Assembly (NCBI GenBank): GCA_965116905.1
Contig: OZ220732.1
Location: 3,424,001 to 3,488,000 of the forward strand
Length of the DNA: 64,000 bases
Origin: Longimicrobiales bacterium
GTDB lineage: Bacteria; Gemmatimonadota; Gemmatimonadetes; Longimicrobiales; Gaopeijiaceae
Direction of reading: 5' to 3'
Positions 30,354 to 39,381 of this stretch are shown one piece after another. The notes beneath the pieces are model-generated. The model was not told the DNA's origin, made no database searches, and saw only the letters and a program-made list of their open reading frames with translations. The first letter of the stretch is position 1. Every line of letters begins with the position of its first letter. Made by a program: the position numbers and the translations under genes.

Positions 30354-32957
30354 CTACCGGTTGCCCCTCGACACGGTGATCGTCGCGCTGTGTACCTGCC
30401 GTTGGGCGCCAGCGGCAGTGACGCCGGTTTCGGCATCCTCCACCACCTTCAGTTCGGTTGTGCGGATCAACTGGAGAATCCGGCCTCCCTGTTGCGGTTC
30501 CGTGATCAGGTTGCTGCCGGACACCGCCGTCGCGCGGATGCTGCCTCTGGTGACGCGCCGGTTGACGATCTGGCAGCCGCTGCTGGTCCGGCAACTGTAG
30601 CGAATGCTGTTGTAGACCATGTAGGCGCTGGTGCCGCTGAAGGTGATCGTGATCGTGCCGCCCGAAGACTGGAAGGTGGCGCCGCCGCCCAGCTGGTTGG
30701 GGAACCAGGAGCCGGTCGGCAGCGTTTCGATCGTCTGGCCCGTCGTGTATGTCGTGTCACTGCCGCTGCCACCGTCCTGAATCGTAACCGTGATTGCCGA
30801 AGAGCAGTTGTTGCTCGTGTCCGTTTCGCCCGAAACGGCGTCGACGCAGTCGCCGATGTAGATGGTGCGGGCGGCGGTCCCGGCGCGTACCGTAATCCTG
30901 CTCGTGCCACGGAAAGTCGCGGAAGGAGCCAAGGCGCCGACTGGTTCCGGCTGGCCGATTTCGTTGTCGCTCGTGGTGATGGTGGCATCGTCCGACTGGT
31001 AGGCCCGCCAGTTGGTCGCAGCGGACGCCGCATCGCCCTGGTTGCGTATTGTCACGTCGTACGTGAAGCTGCCTCCCGGCGCGACGGTCACGCTCGACCT
31101 CGAGACACTTATGACCAGATCCGGCCCGCCCGACCCGGTCACCGTCACGCGGACGCCGCGGGAGCAGTTGTTCTGCGTGTTGGATTCGCCCGACACCCGA
31201 TCGGCGCATAGCCCGAAGTAGAAGGTGCCGGAGGCCTGGCTGGACAGCCTGACAGTTGCCGTGATCCTCCTGCTCTGCCCCGCTGGAGTGCTTGAGATGG
31301 ACGTCCTGCCAATCTCCGTGTCACTGGTCGAGATGGACGAGTTGGTGGACTGGTAGACGCGAACCGTGGTAGCGGCCGCCGTGGCGTTGCCGCTGTTCCG
31401 AAGTGTGAACACTGCCTCCACCGACCCGCCCGGCGACCCGGTCACCGACGTAGGCGTAACGGTAGTGAACTGCAGGTCCGGCGCCCCTGCCGACGCCACG
31501 GTGACGCTGATGCTCTGCGTCGCGGTCAGGAAGCCGGGATCGCGGGCGGTCACGGTGATCGTGGCGCTCCCCGCCGTCACTCCCGTGATGGTCACCGTCG
31601 AGCCCGAAACGGAGGCCCTGGCGACGAGCGAGTTGGAGGAGGTCGCCGTGTAGGTGAGCACGTCCCCGTCGGGATCGTTGAAATACAAGGACGCGTTGAC
31701 GGTGACGTTGCGGCCCGGGTTGACCGACTGTGCGGGGATGGTCCCCACCGGTGTTGGCGCCCGGTTGGGCTGCTGAACGGTGACCCGTGCCGTTTGCGTT
31801 GCCGTCAGCCCTTCGGGATCCCGGGCGGTCACGGTGACGGTCGCGCTCCCCGCGGTCAGGCCCGTGATGGTCACAATCGCGCCCGAAACGGACACCCTGA
31901 CCACGGCCGGAGCCGAAGATGTCGCCGTGTAGGTCAGCGCATCGCCATCGGGATCGGAGAAGTACTGCGATGCGACAACCGTCTTGCTCTCGGCCACGTC
32001 AATCGACTGCGTAGGAATCGAGCCGACGCGCTGCGGGGGCCGGTTCGGCTGCGGCACCGTCACCGTCACGGTCTGCGTCGCGGTCGCCCGGTCGTCATCG
32101 GTCGCCGTGATGGTGACCGTCGCGGTGCCGGGGCCGGCGGCGGTGATCGTCAGGACGCTGCCCGACACGCTCGTGCGCGCCACAGTGGGGATCGAGGACG
32201 CCGCCGTGTAGGTGAGCGGATCGTCGTCAGGATCATCGAACGAAGGGGCAACGTCGATGGTGGCCGACTGGCCCACCTCGATGGTCCGTGCTTCGATGGT
32301 GCCCACCGGAACCGGGTCGCGATTAGGCACCATGAACAGGAAGGACTGGTTGGCCGAGAGGCCTCCGGGATCGCTCGCCGTGACCGTCACCGTGGCGGTG
32401 CCCTTGGCCAGCGCCGCAACGGTCACCGTGGAGCCGGCGATGCTCACGCCCGCCACGGCCGGGGCCGACGCGCTGGCCGTGTAGGTCAGCGTCTCCCCGT
32501 CCGGTTCGGCGAAGTACTGGGACGCATCGATCGTCGTGGTTTCGCCCACGGGCCGCGTGACGTTCGCCATTGTGCCGCGGGGTACCGGAGCCCGGTTCGG
32601 AACCATGACCGGGAAGCTCTGCTGGCCCTGGAGTCCGCCCGGATCGGTGGCTGTGACCGTGACGGTTGTGTTACCCGGTGAGTTGGCAGTGACGGTGATC
32701 GACGTGCCCGAGATGGTAGCCGTGGCCACCTGGGGATTGGACGATGTGGCCGTATAGCTCAGGACATCCCCGTTCGCGTCGCCGAAGCACGCGCTGACGT
32801 TGGCGGTCTCGCCGACGTTCACCGTGACCTGCGGGAGCGAGCCGCAGGCAGTCGGTGCCGCGGGGCTCTCGCAGGCGGCTGCCACAAGCGCGATCAGCAG
32901 CAGGCCTGCTCCATGGACCCATGGAAACCTCTGTGTGGTGTGTCGGGAGCGCTTCAT
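30354..32957 (-). CDS. Lipoprotein with tandem Ig/cadherin-like repeats and two CARDB-like domains
   Basis: Lipobox AAAC; repeated F.DPDGD.LTY.A.SS...TATDPGGL; PDL...ESNTQNNC. Confidence 0.85.
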   Translation of the reverse strand: MKRSRHTTQRFPWVHGAGLLLIALVAAACESPAAPTACGSLPQVTVNVGETANVSACFGDANGDVLSYTATSSNPQVATATISGTSITVTANSPGNTTVTVTATDPGGLQGQQSFPVMVPNRAPVPRGTMANVTRPVGETTTIDASQYFAEPDGETLTYTASASAPAVAGVSIAGSTVTVAALAKGTATVTVTASDPGGLSANQSFLFMVPNRDPVPVGTIEARTIEVGQSATIDVAPSFDDPDDDPLTYTAASSIPTVARTSVSGSVLTITAAGPGTATVTITATDDDRATATQTVTVTVPQPNRPPQRVGSIPTQSIDVAESKTVVASQYFSDPDGDALTYTATSSAPAVVRVSVSGAIVTITGLTAGSATVTVTARDPEGLTATQTARVTVQQPNRAPTPVGTIPAQSVNPGRNVTVNASLYFNDPDGDVLTYTATSSNSLVARASVSGSTVTITGVTAGSATITVTARDPGFLTATQSISVTVASAGAPDLQFTTVTPTSVTGSPGGSVEAVFTLRNSGNATAAATTVRVYQSTNSSISTSDTEIGRTSISSTPAGQSRRITATVRLSSQASGTFYFGLCADRVSGESNTQNNCSRGVRVTVTGSGGPDLVISVSRSSVTVAPGGSFTYDVTIRNQGDAASAATNWRAYQSDDATITTSDNEIGQPEPVGALAPSATFRGTSRITVRAGTAARTIYIGDCVDAVSGETDTSNNCSSAITVTIQDGGSGSDTTYTTGQTIETLPTGSWFPNQLGGGATFQSSGGTITITFSGTSAYMVYNSIRYSCRTSSGCQIVNRRVTRGSIRATAVSGSNLITEPQQGGRILQLIRTTELKVVEDAETGVTAAGAQRQVHSATITVSRGNR

Positions 32958-33016
32958 CTTCTGGTTCCTCTTTTTGGAGAGAGTTTGCATGGGTCCCCGC
33001 ACGAGGGGCGTACAGG

Positions 33017-35350
33017 TCAATTGGGGTGCCTCAATGGGCCGGGCCTGATCGCCACGACCCGTCCGGTCTCGTCACGCACCTCGACGTCGGGGCGGATCAC
33101 GTCGTTGCCCAGATCGATCGCGCGCCGCCGATGAGCGAGCAAAGCCGCGGGGCCGGGAAGCCGGTATGCGTCCGCAAGATCCATTCGCACCGCATAGCCC
33201 AGGTCGGCGAGCGAAGCGACGGTCACGCTGCTTAGGGGACTCGAGCCGGGCGAGATGCTGGGGCTCATCAGCTCCGGGCCGAAGACGGTCTTGCGCCAGT
33301 GGGAATCGTCGCTGCCGGGCCGGGTGCCCCGGTTCTCCACCGGCACCTTGGCACCCGCCGTGTAGGAAGCACCCCCGGCGCCGTCGAAGGCCACAATCGC
33401 CTGCGGGCCCGCAAAGTGCGTGTCCACCTCGGCCTCGACGGCCACGGACGGATTGCGCAGCAGCCCGAAGTGGTCCCACAGCGTACCGATCCCCAGCACG
33501 TGTCCCATCTCGTGGAGGATCACGGCTTCGAGGGCGCCGTTGGTCTCCATCCAGTCGAGATCCGCGGCATCAAGCTCCATCATACCGAACCAGGGAAGCT
33601 GCGAAGTACTGCGGACGGAGCAGAAGCCGGCCCGCCCGATCGTCCCCCCCTCACCATCGAGTTCGGCCGCGGCCGCGATGATCAACAGGTCGTCCACAAC
33701 GCTCACGGGCTGTTCGTAGGCTCGCTCCGGGAACTGGCAGCGGACGAAGCCCTCGGGCACGGGCATGTCCGGCAGCTCCGTGTCCGCCAGCACCGCCATC
33801 CAGCGCGCCGCAGCGGTCCGGAATGCCGCTTCCTGGGCCGCGCTCATCGGCGTCGCGAAGCGCATTTCGATTCGGAACGTGCCCGGGTCCACGGGCGGGT
33901 CCTCCACCGTCAGCAGGAACGTCGAGATGACCGCCAGTCCGCCCGGATCGGTGGCCGTGACGGTGATCGTCGTCCGTCCCCTCGTACGCCCCGAAAGCTC
34001 CAGCGTGGTGCCCGAGACTGCGACCGTTGCAACGGTGACGTCCGCGGAAGAGGCCGTGTACGTCAGCGGGTCCCCGTCGGGGTCGATGAACCAGGGCGAA
34101 ACGTCGAGCGTGGCGGCCTCGCCGGCGCGGACGCGTTGATCCGGGATCGGGCCCACGATCTGCGGGGCCCGGTTGGGTTTTGCGACGGTTACCTCGAAGT
34201 GCTGCGTCGCACCGAGGCCGCCCGGGTCGGTGGCCGTCACCGTGACCGTCGCGGAGCCGCCGGCAACCGCAGAGATCGTCACCACAGAACCCGCTACGGA
34301 AACAGCGGCCACGACAGCGTTCGACGAGGAAGCCGCATAGGCGAGCGGGTCCCCGTCGGGGTCGGTGAAGTAGGAGGAAACATCGATGATCGCCGTCTTT
34401 CCCACGCCCATCGCCCGCGCGGGAATCGATCCCACCGGGCTCGGAGGAAGGTTTGTCACCTCGGCGCTGAAGCTGTGGGTCGCCGCCAGCCCGTCGGGGT
34501 CGCGCGCGGTCACGGTGACCTCCACCTTCCCGGCCGCGACCACCGTCAGGCGAAGTTGCGCGCCGGACGCCGCGGCCGTCACCACCCCGGGACTCGACGC
34601 CGCCGCCGTGTAGGCCAGCGGATCCCCGTCGGGGTCGTCGAACCAGGGGCCGAGATCGATCGTGCGCACCTCACCGCGCTGCATGACCTGTCCTTCGATC
34701 GTACCCAGGGCGACCGGCTGCCGGTTGGGCACCTCCAACCCGAACACCTGCACCGCTTCGAGTCCGCCCGGATCCGCGGCCGTCGCCGTGATGTTAGTCA
34801 ACCCCTTAGTCAATCCCACCAGGGTCACGTGACTTCCCGACAGCGCCACACCCGCCACCGCCCGGTTCGCCGCAGCAGCGCGGAAGGTGAGGCTCTGGCC
34901 GTCGGGCTCCTCGAACCAGGGTGCCAGATCGATGACGACGCCCCCCCCCACTGCCACCTTCCGGGCCGCGATGCTCCCCACCGCGCGCGGCGGGCGGTTC
35001 GGCACGACGACCGCGAAGCTCTGCTGCCCCTGCAACCCACCGGGATCCGCCGCCGTTACCGTGATGGTCGCGCTACCCGGGGCCCGGGCCGCTACCACGA
35101 CCTCCACACCGCTGTGGGTCGCGACCGCCACGGACGCGTTCGACGAACTCACGGCGTAGCCCAGCACGTCGCCGTTCGCGTCGTTGAAGCACGCGGTCAC
35201 GTTCGCCGATTCGCCCACGTTGACCGTCTGCTGCGGAATCGGGCCGCACGAGACCGGCGCCCGGGGGCTCTCACAGGCTGCGACCAGCCCGGTCACAATA
35301 CCCGCCACCGCACAGGTGCGGATCGGCCTCGAGATGTCCGACCGCAACAC
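33017..35350 (-). CDS. Lipoprotein with Ig/cadherin-like repeats and leishmanolysin-like (M8) zinc metalloprotease
   Basis: Lipobox VAAC; ILHEMGHVLGIG...SHW...ELM...SLADLGY. Start uncertain. Confidence 0.85.
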   Translation of the reverse strand: MLRSDISRPIRTCAVAGIVTGLVAACESPRAPVSCGPIPQQTVNVGESANVTACFNDANGDVLGYAVSSSNASVAVATHSGVEVVVAARAPGSATITVTAADPGGLQGQQSFAVVVPNRPPRAVGSIAARKVAVGGGVVIDLAPWFEEPDGQSLTFRAAAANRAVAGVALSGSHVTLVGLTKGLTNITATAADPGGLEAVQVFGLEVPNRQPVALGTIEGQVMQRGEVRTIDLGPWFDDPDGDPLAYTAAASSPGVVTAAASGAQLRLTVVAAGKVEVTVTARDPDGLAATHSFSAEVTNLPPSPVGSIPARAMGVGKTAIIDVSSYFTDPDGDPLAYAASSSNAVVAAVSVAGSVVTISAVAGGSATVTVTATDPGGLGATQHFEVTVAKPNRAPQIVGPIPDQRVRAGEAATLDVSPWFIDPDGDPLTYTASSADVTVATVAVSGTTLELSGRTRGRTTITVTATDPGGLAVISTFLLTVEDPPVDPGTFRIEMRFATPMSAAQEAAFRTAAARWMAVLADTELPDMPVPEGFVRCQFPERAYEQPVSVVDDLLIIAAAAELDGEGGTIGRAGFCSVRSTSQLPWFGMMELDAADLDWMETNGALEAVILHEMGHVLGIGTLWDHFGLLRNPSVAVEAEVDTHFAGPQAIVAFDGAGGASYTAGAKVPVENRGTRPGSDDSHWRKTVFGPELMSPSISPGSSPLSSVTVASLADLGYAVRMDLADAYRLPGPAALLAHRRRAIDLGNDVIRPDVEVRDETGRVVAIRPGPLRHPN

Positions 35351-35363
35351 ACCTATAGACCCA

Positions 35364-38300
35364 TTACTCCGGGATCCCCCGGCTGAAGAGGATTTCGAAG
35401 TTCGGTTCGCCCACCGCATCCATTGCCTGGGCGACCGGCCGCCGCAGGATCGCGCGGATCTGACCCGTGACCGGGTCGCGAAGGATGGTCATGGGCAGGT
35501 CCGTGTCCCCGTCGAGGACGAACGATTCCTCGGCGCCGCTCAGCCGGATGCGGCTGATCTCGCCGTCCCAGGTCACGGGAATCGCGAACACGAACCCGGA
35601 CCGCCCGTCGTCGACGTCAAGCGTCACCGGCATGTCGAACCGGTAGGAGAACGCCTCCTGCCCGTCCTCGGTCGTCGCCCGCAGCAGATATTCGTCACCC
35701 TCCGGCGGCAGGCCGGGCAGCGCATCGGTGATGAACGAAGGCTCGAGGTATGGTTGCCCGTCGGCGTCCACGCCGCCCCACACAAGGATCGCGCGCGTCG
35801 GGGTCCAGTCGCCCGCAGCCTGCTCCGTGTACCTCCGGTGCCGCAGCGCGTTGGCGAGGTGGTACTCGCTGATCCACTGGCCGCCGCAGTAGGACATCAG
35901 GTCGGGCGTGTGAGGGGAGACGAGCCGTTCGTTCTCGCGGTCGTAGCCCCACGAACCGATCACGCCCCACGGGTGCGGATACAGCGGATCGGGTCCGCCC
36001 GCCCCGCCGCACGGGGCGTGCCACAGGCCCATGTTGTGCCCGATTTCGTGGGCCACGGTGGTCGGCAGCGCCTGGGAGAAGCTCGTCCAGGAAGGGATAC
36101 CGTACGCGACCCCCAGCAACCCGAACCGGATGGGCGTCTGCATGCCGAGCCAGTAGCCGGGGCGCGCGCCCTCCATGCGCCGCATCATCTCGGTCTCGTT
36201 GCGGATCCTGAAGCCGTTGGTGGTGGACGTAAGGACCGGATCGTGCAGGTCGATGTCCCACTCTCCGACCGGCAGGAAGTTCCGTGTCGGCGTAAGCATT
36301 GGGTCGTTCTCCGGGTCCGCGGCCATGCTCTTGGTGATTTCCAGAATCGCGTTGTCCGGATCCGGCTCGTAGAGGAACGGGATCAGGGTGAGCGGGAAGG
36401 CCGGCAGGTCGACCACGTCGATGGCCATCCGCCCCGTCGCGGGAATACGCCGCTGGATCCCGAGGCCCGGGTTCAGCGTGCGGTTCGGATCGACCTCGAT
36501 CACCATCTCCAGGCCGGCGCGGATGACGTCCGCCGGAATGTCGGCGTTGGCCGAATGGTCCAGCGAGCTCTCGTCGACGTCAGCCGGAATGGTCCCGGAT
36601 CCGGCGGCGATCTGGGCCGTGTGGACCTCGGCGCCACCGGCGTAGAAGGTGGCCCGGACCTCGGGCATCGCCGTGCCCTGGGCAAGTGGCGACGCGACGA
36701 ACACCCGCAGCAGCGCCGGCCTGCCTCCCACCAGCGGGACAGGGTGCTCGCGGGACTGCACCGTCTGAGTCAGGTACGCAAGCGTCGGCTCGCAGCGGGG
36801 CAGGCGATGGAAGGGAACCCCTAGCAGCCATTCGAGGAAGCCTGCATCCTGCGGCGCGCAGAGGCCGGTGCCGCCCGCCTTGAAGGTGCGCAGACGCTCC
36901 AGCCCGGCGAAACTGGTGGGCACCGGGCCCACCAGTCCCTCGTTGTCGCCGACCCAGAGTTCCCGGAGGTAGGTCATATTCCCGATCTCGGTGGGAAGAC
37001 CGCCCGTCAGCGCGTTGTTGTGGAGCCGCAGCCGCGACACTCCTTCCAGGTTGCCCAGCCATGCAGGTATGGCGCCGGCGAGGTTGTTGTCGTTCAGGTA
37101 GAGCCCCCAGATCCGGGTCAGATTGCCGAACGACTCGGGGATGCTTCCGGAGAGTTCGTTGTAAGCGAGATTCAGGTCCGTGAGGAACTCAAGATCGCCG
37201 AGTTCCGGCGGGATCTCGCCCACAAAGTGATTCCGGCCCAAGTAGAGTTGCTCCAGCTTCGACAGGTTCGCCAGTTCCGGCGGGATCCGGCCCTCCTGTT
37301 CGTTATAGTAGAGATCCAGAACTTCAAGATTGGTCAGGTTCCCCAGCTCCGCTGGAATGGGGCCGGTCAGATAGTTGCCCCCCATGACCAACCGTCTCAG
37401 GTTCGTCAGATCACCGAGTTCGGGCGGCAGCGGGCCCGTGAGGCTGCCGCCGTTCCAGTAGAGGTGCGTCAGGTTGGTCAGCCTCCCGATTTCCGGCGGT
37501 ACCGGCCCCCCGAGGTCGGTTCCCCGCAGGTACAAGCTGGTGAGGCCCGTGAGATCGAAGAGTTCAACCGGAATCGGACCCTCCAATAGCCCGTTCCACG
37601 ACAAATCGAGTCTCTCCAGCTGCGAGAGTCCCCCCAGTTCCGGCGGCATCCGGCCGACGAGAAAATTGCCGGCCAGATTCAGGGCCGTGACGTTGCCGGA
37701 TGCGTCGGTAGAAACCCCGTGCCATTGGTCGAGCGGTAGGGCGGTCAGCCAGTTGTCGTCCTCGTCCCAGGTGACGCCGCCGCCCGTAGCGTGGTAGAAG
37801 GCCTCCAGGATGTCGCGCTCGCTCTGCGTGCATTCGATGCCCGTGCCCACGTGATGCTCAATGCGGTTCAGCCAGAGGCGAAACACGGGGTCCGCGGGAA
37901 TGCAGAGTTGCGTGCCGGAATAGTGGAACTGGGTCAGGGAGACTTGCGATAGCGAAAGCGGCAACGCGCCTCTCAGGTCTTCGTTGTCATTGAGCCACAA
38001 GAGATCCAGGTTGCCGAGTTGTCCGAGTGCTTCGGGAAGTCGGCCGGAGAGGCCGTTCTCATCGAGGAACAGGACCTCCAGGTTGACGAGGTTGCCGATC
38101 TGGGTCGGAATCGCGCCCGTCAGCTTGTTGCCGAAGAGTTGGAGAACATTGATGCTGGTCAGGTCGCCAATCTGGCCCGGAATCTTGCCCGTAAGGTTGT
38201 TCTGCCCCAGGGCCAGCGCCGTGACCCGCCCGTCCGCGTCCACCGTAACGCCGTACCACTCCGCCAGCGGGCTTGCGCTAAGCCAGTTGTCGCTGTTCGT

Positions 38301-39062
38301 CCACGAGGAACCACCGGTCGCCTCGTACAGCGACGTCAGCGCCGCGCGGTCCGTGGCGCCCGCAGCGGCCACCTGCACCGAAGGGCTACCCGTATAGGCC
38401 GCCGCCAGCGTCTGCACGCCCTCGGCGGAACCCGGCGTCCACTCGGTCCGGGCGATTCCGTCGTCGTCGGTTGCGGCCGTTTCCGGATCCGCCACGCCGT
38501 GTCCCTCGCCCGGCGTGAACGTCACCGCCACGCCGGCCACGGGTGACCCACCCACGTCCAGCACCCGGGCTGCTACCGGCCATGCACTTGCTTCGGCGGG
38601 CACCAGGACGAGTGCGGCTTCCGGTGCTCCGGCCTCCGAGGCGCCGGCATTGCCAAACACCGGTGCCAGCGACGCGGGAACCTGTTGCACGAGCACCTCG
38701 GCGGTCGTGCTCAGGCCTTCGAACGCCGCCGTGAGCGTTGCGGTGCCGTTGCCAGCCGCGACGACCGTCCCCTCGAGGTCGACGGCGAACACGCCCTCAC
38801 TACTGCCCGACCACCCGACCGTTCCCGGGAATGCGGCGCCGTATTGGTCGGTAATGGTCGCCCGAAACGTCGCCCGCTCCCCCAGCGACACCAGGTTCGC
38901 AGAAGCCGGCTCGATCGAGATCGCGTCCGCACGGGGCGGCTCGGGCACCGCGGCGCTCTCAGGGTCGCCGCAACTCGCCGCGATGAGCGCGAGGAGCACC
39001 ACCAGGGCCAAGGGGTAGGGACGCTTCAGTCGGGCATTATGGGTCCGTGAGGGCATCGCCAC
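35364..39062 (-). CDS. Lipoprotein with Ig domains, two plant-type LRR blocks and C-terminal zincin (M66-like)
   Basis: Lipobox AASC; two LRR caps (LYEATGG, FYHATGG); AHEIGHNMGLWHAPCG...DLMSYC. Confidence 0.87.
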   Translation of the reverse strand: MAMPSRTHNARLKRPYPLALVVLLALIAASCGDPESAAVPEPPRADAISIEPASANLVSLGERATFRATITDQYGAAFPGTVGWSGSSEGVFAVDLEGTVVAAGNGTATLTAAFEGLSTTAEVLVQQVPASLAPVFGNAGASEAGAPEAALVLVPAEASAWPVAARVLDVGGSPVAGVAVTFTPGEGHGVADPETAATDDDGIARTEWTPGSAEGVQTLAAAYTGSPSVQVAAAGATDRAALTSLYEATGGSSWTNSDNWLSASPLAEWYGVTVDADGRVTALALGQNNLTGKIPGQIGDLTSINVLQLFGNKLTGAIPTQIGNLVNLEVLFLDENGLSGRLPEALGQLGNLDLLWLNDNEDLRGALPLSLSQVSLTQFHYSGTQLCIPADPVFRLWLNRIEHHVGTGIECTQSERDILEAFYHATGGGVTWDEDDNWLTALPLDQWHGVSTDASGNVTALNLAGNFLVGRMPPELGGLSQLERLDLSWNGLLEGPIPVELFDLTGLTSLYLRGTDLGGPVPPEIGRLTNLTHLYWNGGSLTGPLPPELGDLTNLRRLVMGGNYLTGPIPAELGNLTNLEVLDLYYNEQEGRIPPELANLSKLEQLYLGRNHFVGEIPPELGDLEFLTDLNLAYNELSGSIPESFGNLTRIWGLYLNDNNLAGAIPAWLGNLEGVSRLRLHNNALTGGLPTEIGNMTYLRELWVGDNEGLVGPVPTSFAGLERLRTFKAGGTGLCAPQDAGFLEWLLGVPFHRLPRCEPTLAYLTQTVQSREHPVPLVGGRPALLRVFVASPLAQGTAMPEVRATFYAGGAEVHTAQIAAGSGTIPADVDESSLDHSANADIPADVIRAGLEMVIEVDPNRTLNPGLGIQRRIPATGRMAIDVVDLPAFPLTLIPFLYEPDPDNAILEITKSMAADPENDPMLTPTRNFLPVGEWDIDLHDPVLTSTTNGFRIRNETEMMRRMEGARPGYWLGMQTPIRFGLLGVAYGIPSWTSFSQALPTTVAHEIGHNMGLWHAPCGGAGGPDPLYPHPWGVIGSWGYDRENERLVSPHTPDLMSYCGGQWISEYHLANALRHRRYTEQAAGDWTPTRAILVWGGVDADGQPYLEPSFITDALPGLPPEGDEYLLRATTEDGQEAFSYRFDMPVTLDVDDGRSGFVFAIPVTWDGEISRIRLSGAEESFVLDGDTDLPMTILRDPVTGQIRAILRRPVAQAMDAVGEPNFEILFSRGIPE

Positions 39063-39100
39063 GGCTCCCTTTCAAAAAAAGTACACTTTGTTTTACATTG

Positions 39101-39293
39101 TGTAAACTATACTTGACATCTATGTATTCGCGCCGATCATATCACAGAATGTCCTGCAATTGCGACTGGACAGCGATCTTTCCGCCCCAAAACACAATAT
39201 TATCGTGACCCACAGCGGCCTGCAAGAGCCTACAGGTTTCGGTAGCCAAAGGACAGTCAACTCCAGTTTACATCATGACAACTATAGTTGACA
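39101..39293. promoter_or_regulatory. Cluster of three 18-bp imperfect palindromes (TGWMAAC-N4-STTKACA-like)
   Basis: TGTAAACTATACTTGACA (39101), AGTCAACTCCAGTTTACA (39255), TGACAACTATAGTTGACA (39276) in AT-rich intergenic DNA. Confidence 0.55.
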
Positions 39294-39381
39294 ATTATTC
39301 CTAACCTGTGGCGCTACGGTTCGCACTTGCCAACTGTTCTTTACATTCAAAGCCCAGGCGTTTCCGTTTCGACGCGAGAAC

